Notes under the pieces: generated by a model
What the model saw: only the letters and a program-made list of their open reading frames with translations
Told to the model about the DNA's origin: nothing
The model's database searches: none
Assembly: GCA_036229005.1 (NCBI GenBank)
Contig: JAZAMN010000059.1
Span: 115,856-179,855 of the forward strand
Reading direction: 5' to 3'
DNA: 64,000 nucleotides
DNA from: Myxococcota bacterium
Lineage (GTDB): Bacteria > Myxococcota_A > UBA796 > CAJQPC01
Shown here: in pieces, positions 8,154 to 18,220 of the stretch
How the letters are laid out: every line of letters begins with the position of its first letter
How positions within the stretch are numbered: the stretch's first letter is position 1
Position numbers and translations under genes: made by a program

Positions 8154-9806
8154 TCACCCCGCCAACCACCGCTCCACCAGACCCCGATACCAGTCGCTTC
8201 CGGGCTCCTCGACCGCAGCGTCCAGGGCTGCCCGCAGCGCCGCATCCAGCGCCTCTGTGTCAGGTGCGGGCAGCTTCGAGCGGGCGGGCAGCTTGTCCAC
8301 CAGGCGAGAGAGCGCCGAGCTCTGCTGCTGTGCGCCGATGCCCAGCAGCACCAGCTCCAGGCGCCCCGCGTCCGGGTGCCTGGCGTAGGCGGCCGCCACA
8401 CTCTCCGCCAGGGTCTGTCGCTCCCCCGGGTCCGGCGAGCGCAGCCCCGGCGCGATGGCGTCCAGGCGCAGCCCGGCCGGCAGGCTCTTGAGGTCATACA
8501 GACCAAAGGACGCGTCCCCGGGCACCTGAACGACCGCCGCGATGGCCGCGTCCAGCAGCGCCTGGGCGGGTTCCGCTCCCATGGTGGGGTGTCGCACAAA
8601 GTACATGAGCTGGTCCGCCAGGCTCCGAACCGTGGTTGCGTGCCCTGCCGCCACCGCCCGATCCAGCAGCATCTGCGCCAGCTCCAGGCGGGTGCTTGCT
8701 CGCCGCACCGGGGGAGTTGGAAGCGCAAGCCAGGCCCGCACCAGCGGCCTGCATTCCGCCATGGCCAACAGCGCCTCCCCGTCCAGCGCGGGGTCCAGAT
8801 ACAGATCCAGCGCACGCTGCAGATCCACCCGGTGGACCTCGCCGTAGGTGTAGAGGGCGGCCAGGGTCTCTGCGCGGTGAAGCGGAAGTGTGTCCTCGTT
8901 TGTGGCGCTGTGTGCCAGGTGGTCCAGGAGGGCCTGACCGCTCCCAAAGGGTGTGCCCGTGAACCAGGGAGAGCCCACCAGCCCCTCCCTCGACCCGCTC
9001 CAGGGGACCTGCCAGATCAAGCAGTCCAACAGCTCGCTGCGGAAGGGGAGTGCAGGGCTCGCAGCGAGCAGGTCCAGCGCCACGGCGGCCCGCTCGGGGT
9101 CCTTTCTGTGCACACCCGAGCGCAGGTAGTCCGGCAGCAGCGTGCGCAGGATCATCCGGTTTGTGGGGTCCTGCAACGCTGCCCTCTGTGCGCGCTCCCG
9201 CTGGGCCTGATGTTCCCCTTCGGTCACATACAGATCGCGCAGTATCCCCGACACCCGCTCCCGCACCTCGATCGCCGGGTCGCGCAGCCCCCCACAGATC
9301 AAGGCCAAGTCCTCCACGGTCAGCACGCTCATGAAGTCCAGGAAGGCCCAGGCGGCGGCCCGCGCGATGGGCGCCGGGTCGTGCTCCACCATCCGCAGCA
9401 TGCGCTCCTGAAAGCGTTCCTGCTCCAGATACTCCGGGTAGCGCGCCTCGGGAAAGGCCAGCACCTCGGCCCGCAGCAATCCGTGGGGGTGGTGGTCCAG
9501 GATGGCCTCTGCTTGATCCGCCAGGGACTCCGGGTCCTGCACGATCCGCTGCAGCGCCCGCCAGGCGTGCTGGGTGTAGCTGGGGATGGTCTTCTCCCAC
9601 AGATAGCGCAGCAGCCAGGGGGCCAGCTCGGCGTCCAGGGCCGCGTCCCGCTCGGGGCAGGCCACCAGCTCCGCGAAGAGAGGCAGCAGCGCGGGGGAGC
9701 CATCCTCGTGCTCTTCGTCGTGCAGGGACTGTAGCAGGTGGTGGACGGGGCTCAGGGCGTCCCGCTCCCACCACTCGACCAGATCGAGCTCCGGGATATC
9801 GAGCAC
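8154..9806 (-). CDS. Hypothetical alpha-helical (HEAT/ARM-like) protein
   Basis: 550-aa Leu/Ala-rich ORF with GLRDPAIEVRERV and GLRSPDPGERQT HEAT-like motifs; starts 3 nt after the sulfatase stop. Confidence 0.65.
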   Translation of the reverse strand: MLDIPELDLVEWWERDALSPVHHLLQSLHDEEHEDGSPALLPLFAELVACPERDAALDAELAPWLLRYLWEKTIPSYTQHAWRALQRIVQDPESLADQAEAILDHHPHGLLRAEVLAFPEARYPEYLEQERFQERMLRMVEHDPAPIARAAAWAFLDFMSVLTVEDLALICGGLRDPAIEVRERVSGILRDLYVTEGEHQAQRERAQRAALQDPTNRMILRTLLPDYLRSGVHRKDPERAAVALDLLAASPALPFRSELLDCLIWQVPWSGSREGLVGSPWFTGTPFGSGQALLDHLAHSATNEDTLPLHRAETLAALYTYGEVHRVDLQRALDLYLDPALDGEALLAMAECRPLVRAWLALPTPPVRRASTRLELAQMLLDRAVAAGHATTVRSLADQLMYFVRHPTMGAEPAQALLDAAIAAVVQVPGDASFGLYDLKSLPAGLRLDAIAPGLRSPDPGERQTLAESVAAAYARHPDAGRLELVLLGIGAQQQSSALSRLVDKLPARSKLPAPDTEALDAALRAALDAAVEEPGSDWYRGLVERWLAG

Positions 9807-9809
9807 AGA

Positions 9810-11264
9810 CTACTCCTCGAAGTACCCGAGCGCCTTGAGCTGCTCATTGATCTCCGCGTCGATGTTCCCCCGCAGGGCCTCGTACTCTTCGACCTTGCCC
9901 TCCTTGAGGGCGTCGATCAGCCCGGAGAGCTCCTCGACCAGCTCCGGCTGCCCGGCGGCCAGGTTGTTCAGCTCCCCCGGGTCCGCCTGCAGGTCGTACA
10001 GTTCGATGGTGCCCTCGTCCATGGGGTAACCCGCGTAGATGCGCGTGGTCTTGAGGTGCCGGATCAGCTTGTAGCGCTCGGTCACTACGCCCTCGAGCTG
10101 CCTGCCCGTGTGCTCCAGCAGCGCCGCGCCGCCCGGCCCCGGTGCGTCCAGGTAGGACCACAGATCGGTGCCCCGGAAGGCCTCCGGCGCCTCGATTCCG
10201 TTCCTTGCCAGCACCGTGGGCGCCACGTCCACCAACGACACAACGCGCTCCACGTTCACACCCTTGGGCCCGTCGGGGACGCGGATGATGAGCGGGATGT
10301 GGGTGGTGCCCTCATACAGACCTCCGTGTACGAACCACAGCCCGTGCTCGCCAAGGGACTCCCCGTGGTCGGCGGTGAACACAAAGATGGTGTCCTCCCA
10401 CTCGCCGGCCGCCTGCAGCTCCCGGATCATCAGGCCGATGTGCTGGTCCAGCCAGGTCAGGCTGCCCTTGTAGGTGCCCGTGATGTAGTCGGCGGACTCC
10501 ACCCCATCGACCCAGCGCAGGAAGTGCTCGGACTGTTGGTGATCCCGCGGAAACAGATCCCAGATCTCCTCCATCGAGACCTCGCCGGGATCGCCCTTCT
10601 CGCCGTCAAAGTAGAAGGAGTCATAGGCCGCCGGGGCGTGGTAGGGCGTGTGGTTGTCCACAAAGTGCACCCACAGAAAGAAGGGCTCGTCCTTGCCCGC
10701 GCGCCCCTGGATGTAGTCGTTCACCCAAGGCAGGGTCTTGTCGGCCTTGCGCACGTGGTCGCCGCGGCGGATGTCCTGGATGCCCTGGGGCACGCCGCTG
10801 ACCTCGGGGTTGAGCCAGGGCATGTTCAGGTGGGCCGCAGTGCGCCAGCCCTGGGGCTTGAGGACCTCCGGCAGCGTGGTGATGCGGCTGGAGATGGCCG
10901 ACACATTGGAGAAGGCCCGGTGGTCGCTCGGATACAGAGAGCTCAGCAGGCTGGCGTGCGCCGGCAACGTGGTGGTGATGGGCGTGTAGGCCCGGGAGAA
11001 GTTCACCCCTTCGGCCGCCAGCCGGTCCAGGTGGGGGGTGTAGAGCTCCGTGTTGCCGTTCACCGGGAGCATGTCACCGCGCAGGGTGTCCGCGGTGATC
11101 ACCACAACGTTGTACTTCCGGGGCGCCGGCGAGGTCACCGGGCCCGCGACCGCAGCGTCCTCGGACTGTGTTGGGGCAGCCGCCTGCTGCTCGGCGGGCT
11201 CGGCCTGGGCGGCGGGCACGGCCTCGGGGCGGGTGCAGGAAAGCATCATCCAGAGCAGGCTCAC
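9810..11264 (-). CDS. Sulfatase-like hydrolase lipoprotein
   Basis: NVVVITADTLRGD, TPHLDRLAAEG, TLPAHASL, FTADHGE, ELYDL..DPGE..NL, LKALGY; GAGGAG SD before GTG 11264. Confidence 0.9.
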   Translation of the reverse strand: MSLLWMMLSCTRPEAVPAAQAEPAEQQAAAPTQSEDAAVAGPVTSPAPRKYNVVVITADTLRGDMLPVNGNTELYTPHLDRLAAEGVNFSRAYTPITTTLPAHASLLSSLYPSDHRAFSNVSAISSRITTLPEVLKPQGWRTAAHLNMPWLNPEVSGVPQGIQDIRRGDHVRKADKTLPWVNDYIQGRAGKDEPFFLWVHFVDNHTPYHAPAAYDSFYFDGEKGDPGEVSMEEIWDLFPRDHQQSEHFLRWVDGVESADYITGTYKGSLTWLDQHIGLMIRELQAAGEWEDTIFVFTADHGESLGEHGLWFVHGGLYEGTTHIPLIIRVPDGPKGVNVERVVSLVDVAPTVLARNGIEAPEAFRGTDLWSYLDAPGPGGAALLEHTGRQLEGVVTERYKLIRHLKTTRIYAGYPMDEGTIELYDLQADPGELNNLAAGQPELVEELSGLIDALKEGKVEEYEALRGNIDAEINEQLKALGYFEE

Positions 11265-11275
11265 AGCGGCTCCTC

Positions 11276-13720
11276 TCAGTTGGGCACGGTGACAAAGATG
11301 GGGCTGGACCAGGCCGCGTCGGGCGTCCACTGGTCCTGGGCCTGGACGACCCGGAGTACGTAGAAGTGGTCCCCGGCTGGCGGGCTGTCCGTCCAGCTCC
11401 CGGACTGGCGCAGGCTGTCCCCGGCGACCCGGTGCACGACCTGTCCGTCGCGCAGGATGTGGATCTCCTGCAGGGTGCGCGAGCCCGCGGCCTCCCAGGT
11501 GAACGACAGGGGGCCGGTGGCGGTGGTCTGTGTTCCGTTGACCTCGCCGGTGGACAGGGTCAATACGGCGCCCATGGGGGCCCCAGAGGTGGCGCAGGTG
11601 TGCCGATCATAGAGAGCCTCCCACAGACCCTCTCGGGTCCCCTGCTCCGCGAGCACTCCGGTGAGCCCCTGGGTCCAGGGGTCAGGGCGCCGCGCGATGC
11701 CGTGGTGCCAGATCAGGCCGTGGCCGTCCGAACCCGCCACAAACCCATAATCCAGCCCCTGCCCCAGGCCGTCGTAGGCGAACATACCGGACATGTCCCC
11801 CCGGGAGGCGATGACCTGGTCGCCGGCCTGCTCGCTGAGTCCGTGCACAGACACGATCTCGAAGTTCCGCTGGATGCGGGGGTCGAAGTTCTCCCAGTCC
11901 GTGCCGGTCCACGAGGTGTGGTGGGGGACGGAGAAGACCTGCTCGGGGGCCAGCCCCTGGTTGAGCGCCTTGGTGTCGGGGGCGCCGTCCTTGAAGCCCA
12001 GGATGGGGGTGGGCGCCCAGCCCTTGAAGTACAGGTTCCGGTGGCCGGAGCCCTTGGGCAGCAGTGGCGTGGTCCACTCGTAGGCGTGCAGGGTCACAAA
12101 TCCCGGCAGGCGGCCAAAGAGCTCGGTGAGCCAGGCCTGCTCTTCGTGCTCGGAGGGGAGCATGCGCGAACCGATGACATAGTCGTGGTCTGTGAGGGTC
12201 GCGAAGTCCAGGCCCCGCGACCAGGCGCGGGCGTAGATCTCGTCGGCGGGGCCGGTGGCATCGGACATGGCGGAGTGCATGTGCACGTCGCCCAGATACA
12301 CCTCGCGGCCGCCCACCTGCAGGCGCTCGGTGACGCCCTGGCTGGGCAGGCCCAGGTCTCCCACAGTCTCCAGGGCGGTGTCCTGCCAGCCGGACTGGGG
12401 GGCGCTCAAGGCGGGGAGCGTAAGCTGCTCCAACACAGAGGCTTTGCGCGCCTTGCGGGCCGCGTAGAGGGTGTCTCCGCTCAGGGCGAGCTGCGCCTTC
12501 TGGCCGCGGGCGCCCCAACCGTACCGGGTCAGGTCCAGGGGGGTGGAGAAGCCCTGGGCGCCCACCACATGCAGGTATGCCCCTTGGGAGCTGCGGGTGA
12601 CCACCACCACCCCGCCAGACTGTGTGACCACCAGCGAGGGGAACTCGGCGCCCTGCTGCTCTCCGGACGCGGTCGCCCAGGCCATGGGGTCGCCCAGGGT
12701 GCGCACGCCCTGCGCGGAGACTTCGAGCAGGCCCACCCACTTGACCAGGGCCTGGGGCCGGGAGTCGTGGAAGGCGACCAGCAGGCGATCACCGGCGACG
12801 GCCAGGTCCGGGGCGGCCTGGATGCCGGGCTGACGCCACCCCTGGGTGCGGCCCCACTTGCCCCCGGCCCAAGTGCGTAGACGCAGGTCGTAGTCGGGGT
12901 CTGAGGGGGTGTCGCGCTGGGCGCTCTGCTGGGGGGCGCGGGTGACCAGGCTGTCCCAGGCCACGTGGACCCGCTCGCCGTCTACAGCCACGCTGGGGCG
13001 GCGGTCCAGCCAGCCCTTGGAGAGCAGCTCGGGCTCGCTGGCCGCGCCGCCAGAGACTTGCGCATAGGCGATGCCGACGCCCTGCCCGACGTCCTGCTCC
13101 CAGACCACGTGCACCACGCCGGCGCTGTCCACGGCCAGATCGGGGTTCGCGGCGCGTCCGGGGCCCGCGGAGAGCTCCAGGATGGGGCCCAGGCGGTCCA
13201 CGCGGCGCAGGAGCACCTTGCGGCTGAGGGTGGAGCGCTCACCGGCGGCGCTGCGTCCGCTCCAGGCCAGCCACACCGAGCCGTCGGGGCCAGCCACCAG
13301 CACGGGGGCCCAGGCGCGGCTGCCCTTGGAGACGGACTGGGGGGCGCCCAGGGACTGGGGGTCGGCGCCTCGGCGCAGCTCGATGCGCTCCTGGCCGGCG
13401 GCGTAGGACACGAACGCGGCGAAGAGCTCTCCGCTGCTGGAGACGGCCACGGCGGGGGACTCGAACTCCCAGCCCTCGGCCAGGTCCAGCACCTGCCGGC
13501 TCACCCCGTCCACGGTCTGGTCGGGGGCCAGGGCCTGCACCTGGAAGCCGCCGGCCGGGGCGCTCAAGGGGGCCAGCTCAGGGGTGAGCGCGGGGGGCTG
13601 TGCAGTCGGCTGCGCGGCGGGCTCCACGGGGGCCACCTGGGGCATGGGCGCGGCGGACACCACGGGCTCCGAGCCGGCGCAGGCCAGAGTCAGGAGCAGG
13701 GAGGGCAGGGTCGTGGTCAT
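11276..13720 (-). CDS. Lipoprotein with beta-propeller-like N-region and PHP-type CehA/McbA (DUF3604-like) metallohydrolase domain
   Basis: LLLTLAC; GDVHMHS, LTDHD, YEWT..GHRN, PHH, GSDGH, AWSSPIFV. Confidence 0.82.
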   Translation of the reverse strand: MTTTLPSLLLTLACAGSEPVVSAAPMPQVAPVEPAAQPTAQPPALTPELAPLSAPAGGFQVQALAPDQTVDGVSRQVLDLAEGWEFESPAVAVSSSGELFAAFVSYAAGQERIELRRGADPQSLGAPQSVSKGSRAWAPVLVAGPDGSVWLAWSGRSAAGERSTLSRKVLLRRVDRLGPILELSAGPGRAANPDLAVDSAGVVHVVWEQDVGQGVGIAYAQVSGGAASEPELLSKGWLDRRPSVAVDGERVHVAWDSLVTRAPQQSAQRDTPSDPDYDLRLRTWAGGKWGRTQGWRQPGIQAAPDLAVAGDRLLVAFHDSRPQALVKWVGLLEVSAQGVRTLGDPMAWATASGEQQGAEFPSLVVTQSGGVVVVTRSSQGAYLHVVGAQGFSTPLDLTRYGWGARGQKAQLALSGDTLYAARKARKASVLEQLTLPALSAPQSGWQDTALETVGDLGLPSQGVTERLQVGGREVYLGDVHMHSAMSDATGPADEIYARAWSRGLDFATLTDHDYVIGSRMLPSEHEEQAWLTELFGRLPGFVTLHAYEWTTPLLPKGSGHRNLYFKGWAPTPILGFKDGAPDTKALNQGLAPEQVFSVPHHTSWTGTDWENFDPRIQRNFEIVSVHGLSEQAGDQVIASRGDMSGMFAYDGLGQGLDYGFVAGSDGHGLIWHHGIARRPDPWTQGLTGVLAEQGTREGLWEALYDRHTCATSGAPMGAVLTLSTGEVNGTQTTATGPLSFTWEAAGSRTLQEIHILRDGQVVHRVAGDSLRQSGSWTDSPPAGDHFYVLRVVQAQDQWTPDAAWSSPIFVTVPN

Positions 13721-13828
13721 GGTCCATCCAGGGCCTTGAAACAGTCTGACAGCCGACAAGGTAGTGCAGTTGCAGCCTCGGGGCTGTATGTATTCTCTTG
13801 ACGCGTCCAGATCCCCATGGAGAGGCGA

Positions 13829-16042
13829 ATGCTGACCACCCTGACCTCGCTTGCGCTGATGATGGCCTGCAACCCCGCGGAGCCCGAGCCGGTCCAGGCG
13901 GTGGACCAGCAGCCCCCGGAGCCCCCTCCCCCTCCCTCCCACCTGGACCTGAGCCCGGTGACGCCCGCCTTCGAGCGCAGCGCCGAGCTGGACCAGGCGC
14001 TGGCGGACCAGGACTGGGCGGCGGTCGCGATGCTCACGACGGACCCCCAGAGCCCCCAGGAGGCCTTCGTGCACGCGTGGGCGCGGGTGGAGCTGGGCCA
14101 GGCGCGGGCGGTCGTGGACCTGGTGGACCGCGTGGACGGACCCCAGCCCTACCTGGGCTACCTGCGGGGGCGCCTGCTGCACGCCGATGGGAGGCCCGAG
14201 GAGGCGCTGGCAGAGCTGCTTCCGCCTGAAGACGACGCTCCTCTGCACCGTCAGATCCTCGCGTGGCGTGCGAGCTGCCTTGAGGAGCTGGGGCGCGCAG
14301 ACGAGGCCACCCTGCTCTACGCCCGCCTGATCCAGGCACCGGACCCCGCGGACGGGAGCGCGCACGCCCTCGCACAGATGGGGGGACCCGAGGCCCACCG
14401 GCGCATCTGGGCGCACTACCCGGACACGCCCCAGGACAACGCTCTGGGCCCCATCACAGATCCGACCTGGCAGGAGGCCACGCACCGCGCAGCGGCCTAC
14501 ATGAACCGGGGGATGTACCTGACGGCCATCAAGGAGCTGGAGGGCTTCGCACCCGACACAAACACGGGCGAGGACGCCTGTCTGTACCGCTACGTGAAGG
14601 GCCGGAGTCTGTACAAGAAGAACAAGCGCAGCGAGGCCAGCGCGGCCTTCGGGAGCGCGGCGACAGACTGTGTGGGGACGGAGATCGGTCCCCAGGTGGC
14701 CTACCTGAGCGGGCGCAACGAGCAGCGCCTGGGCAACCACCGCACGGCCGCCGGGATCCTGCAGCGCATGGCGCAGGACTACCCGGAGCACAGCTACGCC
14801 GACGACGGCCTGGTGATGGCGGGGGAGTCCCTGGAGAAGGCCGGGGATCTCATCGCCGCGCAGCGTCTGTGGTCACAGGCTGCGGCCGACTTCCCCGAGG
14901 GCGACATGGTCCCCGAGGCGCTCTGGCGGCTGGCCTGGTCGCACTACGAACAGGGGCACGGTGACCGCGCCCGCCAGGTGGCCCAGCAGCTCGGGGGACT
15001 GGACCCCGCGCAGGACCACTTCCACGTGCCGGCGGGGCGCTACTGGGCGGCGCGTTGGGCGCTCTACCCCGACGTGAACAACCCCACACAGACCCGGCGA
15101 CCGGACGCCCTGCTGCCCGACCCCAAGACCACCGCGGTGGCCGAGTGGAGCGCGCTGGTGCAGGACCTGCCCTGGTCCTACTACGCGGTGCTGGCCAGTA
15201 GCCGCATCGCCGAGGAGGACCCCGCCGCGTTCTCCGCGCTGCCCAAGCCCCCGGGGCCGGCATCTCGCACAGACTGGCCGGTCCCCTATCCCCTCACCCG
15301 GGATCCCGCTCTGGACCGCGCCCAGACGCTGCTCTCCTACGGACTGCACGGGCTCGCGCGGGACGAGATCCGGGACCTGGAGTTCGACGACCCCACGACC
15401 CTGTGGTGGAGCGAGTCGCGCTCGGAGAACGGGGACTGGCTCAACGCCCACCGCGAGCTGCGGGTGTGGGTGCGCAGCCACGTCCCCAGCGAGGCCACCC
15501 CCGACACCGCGCGTGAGCTGGCCGTGGCCTACCCCAACCACTGGCTGCCCGAGGTGCAGGAGGCGGCGGATGGCTACCGCTTCCCGCCCCGCTACTTCCA
15601 GGGCCTGGTCCGGGTTGAGAGCAACTTCAACGAGCAGGCGGTGTCCTGGGCCGGCGCCCGCGGACTGTGTCAGGTGATGCCGGCCACCGGCAAGAGCGTG
15701 GGCAACTGGCTGGGGCTGAAGGTGGGCAAGCCGGAGCTGCTGGACCCGGCCATCAACCTGCAGGTGGGCGCGCGCTACATGGACCACCTGCACAAGCTCT
15801 TCAACAACAGCCCGTATCTGAGCGCCGCTGGGTACAACGCGGGCGAGAACCGCATCCTGCAGTGGATCCGCGAAGACGGGAACCTGCCCACCGACGAGTT
15901 CGTGGAGCGCATCCCCTTTGATGAGACCCGCGGCTACGTGAAGCGCGTGGTGGGCACCTGGGCGGCCTACGGCTGGCTGCGCGACGGTGAGGGCCCCAAG
16001 GGGCTGGACGCGTACAACCACACGGCGCTGCCGGAGCGCTGA
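13829..16042 (+). CDS. TPR-containing soluble lytic transglycosylase (Slt-like) lipoprotein
   Basis: RVESNFN, AGARGLCQVMP.TG, AGYNAG, IPFDETRGYVKRV; TPR-like helical N-region. Confidence 0.9.
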   Translation: MLTTLTSLALMMACNPAEPEPVQAVDQQPPEPPPPPSHLDLSPVTPAFERSAELDQALADQDWAAVAMLTTDPQSPQEAFVHAWARVELGQARAVVDLVDRVDGPQPYLGYLRGRLLHADGRPEEALAELLPPEDDAPLHRQILAWRASCLEELGRADEATLLYARLIQAPDPADGSAHALAQMGGPEAHRRIWAHYPDTPQDNALGPITDPTWQEATHRAAAYMNRGMYLTAIKELEGFAPDTNTGEDACLYRYVKGRSLYKKNKRSEASAAFGSAATDCVGTEIGPQVAYLSGRNEQRLGNHRTAAGILQRMAQDYPEHSYADDGLVMAGESLEKAGDLIAAQRLWSQAAADFPEGDMVPEALWRLAWSHYEQGHGDRARQVAQQLGGLDPAQDHFHVPAGRYWAARWALYPDVNNPTQTRRPDALLPDPKTTAVAEWSALVQDLPWSYYAVLASSRIAEEDPAAFSALPKPPGPASRTDWPVPYPLTRDPALDRAQTLLSYGLHGLARDEIRDLEFDDPTTLWWSESRSENGDWLNAHRELRVWVRSHVPSEATPDTARELAVAYPNHWLPEVQEAADGYRFPPRYFQGLVRVESNFNEQAVSWAGARGLCQVMPATGKSVGNWLGLKVGKPELLDPAINLQVGARYMDHLHKLFNNSPYLSAAGYNAGENRILQWIREDGNLPTDEFVERIPFDETRGYVKRVVGTWAAYGWLRDGEGPKGLDAYNHTALPER

Positions 16043-16125
16043 CGGGGCGGATGTGACGCCCTGTGACCGCTGCGGCGCTTGGCCCTTTGGCACGGCTACT
16101 GGGCGCTCCCACGAAAGGAGCCCCC

Positions 16126-16740
16126 ATGTTGGACATCGCACAGATCCCCTCCCTCTCCACCGCCAGTGATCAGTACGGCGTCATCCTCAAGGGGCGCGTG
16201 CAGATCACGGACCCCACTGTGGCCCAGCTCCGGGCCCTGGACGCCCACGTTCAGGCCCTGCGCGCCGAGCTGTCGCTGCCCCTGGTGATGGTGATGTCGC
16301 TGGCTTGGGAGGGCGAAGGGCACGCCGACGACAAGAAGCTCTATGGCTCCGCCATGGTCGGGTTGGCCCTCAAGATCTGCCCCGTCAACGCGGCCCCGGT
16401 GGAGGTCACCCCGGCCGAGCTGGAGGCCCCCGAGATCCCCGCCGTGGTCTGGGAGACCGTGGGAGATGGCGAGAGCCCGGACGGTCTGTATGTGTGCCCC
16501 GCGGGCTGGTCGGTGGCCTGCCTGGTGGCTGGCGAGGTCGTGAACGACGAAGACGATGACGAGGACGAGGACGACGACGACTTCGATCTGGAGGACGACG
16601 AGTGGTGCGGAGACGTGGAGGGTGAGGACGTCGCCTTCGGCAGCTCCGAGAACATGGGCATGACCTATGGGGAGATCACGGCGGAGGGGCTGGAGTTGAT
16701 GGAGGGGACCAAGACCTGGTTCTGGGCGCACTACGCTTGA
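16126..16740 (+). CDS. Hypothetical acidic protein
   Basis: AAGGAG SD; GC3-rich codons; poly-Asp/Glu tract. Confidence 0.72.
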   Translation: MLDIAQIPSLSTASDQYGVILKGRVQITDPTVAQLRALDAHVQALRAELSLPLVMVMSLAWEGEGHADDKKLYGSAMVGLALKICPVNAAPVEVTPAELEAPEIPAVVWETVGDGESPDGLYVCPAGWSVACLVAGEVVNDEDDDEDEDDDDFDLEDDEWCGDVEGEDVAFGSSENMGMTYGEITAEGLELMEGTKTWFWAHYA

Positions 16741-16936
16741 GGCGTGTGTTGGGTGGGGTCTCCCGACATCAGGGGTCCCGCTCTCCGCCATCCGACGACA
16801 GGGTGGCGACCCCCCCCGTGGTGTAGCTCTGCTGATCGAGTACCAGGCCAGCGGGCAGGGCGTCGAGCTTCGCGCCCCAGTAGAAGTTCACCTGGCGCCG
16901 TACCGCCAACAGATCAGGATGGACATGAGCCTCGCA

Positions 16937-18220
16937 TCAGCCCATCAACCTACCAATGCCCTCGCTGACGCGCAGATCCCACTCCCCGCCCCCACCGGGC
17001 AGGAGCTCAGGCGGTAGGCCAGCGAGCTGCGCCGCACAACGGTCCCTCCCCTCCTGGACCGAGGGCGCCTCGGAGACGAGCTCGCCGTTCAGGATCAGGG
17101 GCTGGAGCAGGGGCTCGCCGTCCAGGTGGTCGGCCTCGTCGAGCAGACAGACCAGATCGTGGTCTGCGCGGCGCAGGACCTGCTTGGTGCCGGGGTAGCG
17201 GGCGGAGCCGGGCTTGAGGGAGGGGACGGCGTCGGGGCCGCGCCACTGCTCCGCGATTCGGTAGCTGGTGGGGATGGGGCCGCCGCGGACCAGGTTCTTG
17301 CCGACGGCGAGCAGATCGATGGGGGCGTCACCCAGGCGCGAGATGGCCTCGGGGCCCAGGGAGCCGCTGCCCAGGATGCGGGTGTGCGACATGCCAGCCT
17401 TGTCCAGCATGGGACGCAGGGCGCGGGCGGCGCGGGCGAGCTGGGGGTGGTCCAGGCGCACCATGCGGACCAGCTCCCGGTGCTGGGCGAGCTGCGCGAC
17501 GGCCTGGTCGACGCGGCCCGGCGGCAGGTTGACGAAGCCGACGTCCGGGAAGTGGACGGAGAAGGCCTCCAGCGCCGGGGCGATGTCCCCGTAGGCGGTG
17601 AAGAAGTCCGAGGACAGGGTGCCCATGACCGGCACGCCGAGCTGGGCGGCGGCGGCGGCGTTGGAGGAGGCGTAGAAGCCCCCGACGATGGCGGCCCGGG
17701 CCGTAAGCACGGCCCCCTCCCCGCTGGCGGAGCGGCGCGAGGCAAACTCGTAGAGGCGGCGGCCCCCGGCGGCCAGGGTGCAGCGCGCGGCGCGGGTGGC
17801 GACGGCGGTCGCGGCCGGGACCATCTGCAGCAGGCGGGTCTGGATGAGGGTGGCGTGCTGAAGGGGCGCGGTGACCCGGAGGATCGGCGTGTGGGGGCCG
17901 ACCAGGGTGCCCTCGGCCACGGCGTGGATGTCGCCGGAGAAGGCAAAGTGGCGCAGGCTCTCCCACCAGCCCTCGCTGGCGCGGGAGAAGGCCTGCTGCT
18001 CCTTGAGCCAGGCGATGGAGCGCTCGTCAAAGCGCATGTCCAACACGGAGCGGGCGGCCTCGTGCATGCCGGCGGCGACCACCCAGGGCGCGCCCTTGAG
18101 CGCGGCGCGCGGGTAGAGGTCGAAGGTCGCGTGGCCCCACAGCCCGTCGGCGTGGTACACGGCGGCCACCACCAGCAGGTAGAAGTCCGTCTGCAATGCG
18201 GTCTGCCAGAGAGGCGCCAT
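16937..18220 (-). CDS. Nicotinate phosphoribosyltransferase (PncB)-like protein with degenerate active site
   Basis: TDFY, F.GDI.AV.EGT, EFASRR, SSNA.A...GVPVMGT, RLD, PGTKQV. The canonical GTxAH His and DTYD motifs are absent. Confidence 0.8.
   Translation of the reverse strand: MAPLWQTALQTDFYLLVVAAVYHADGLWGHATFDLYPRAALKGAPWVVAAGMHEAARSVLDMRFDERSIAWLKEQQAFSRASEGWWESLRHFAFSGDIHAVAEGTLVGPHTPILRVTAPLQHATLIQTRLLQMVPAATAVATRAARCTLAAGGRRLYEFASRRSASGEGAVLTARAAIVGGFYASSNAAAAAQLGVPVMGTLSSDFFTAYGDIAPALEAFSVHFPDVGFVNLPPGRVDQAVAQLAQHRELVRMVRLDHPQLARAARALRPMLDKAGMSHTRILGSGSLGPEAISRLGDAPIDLLAVGKNLVRGGPIPTSYRIAEQWRGPDAVPSLKPGSARYPGTKQVLRRADHDLVCLLDEADHLDGEPLLQPLILNGELVSEAPSVQEGRDRCAAQLAGLPPELLPGGGGEWDLRVSEGIGRLMG

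Noticed and set aside
13721..14791. N-terminal extension of the 1171-aa ORF 11276-14791
   Set aside because: It overlaps the divergent Slt gene antisense; the signal peptide and lipobox begin at ATG 13720.
16544..16602. GAC/GAG-rich low-complexity tract
   Set aside because: It simply encodes a poly-acidic loop within a CDS.
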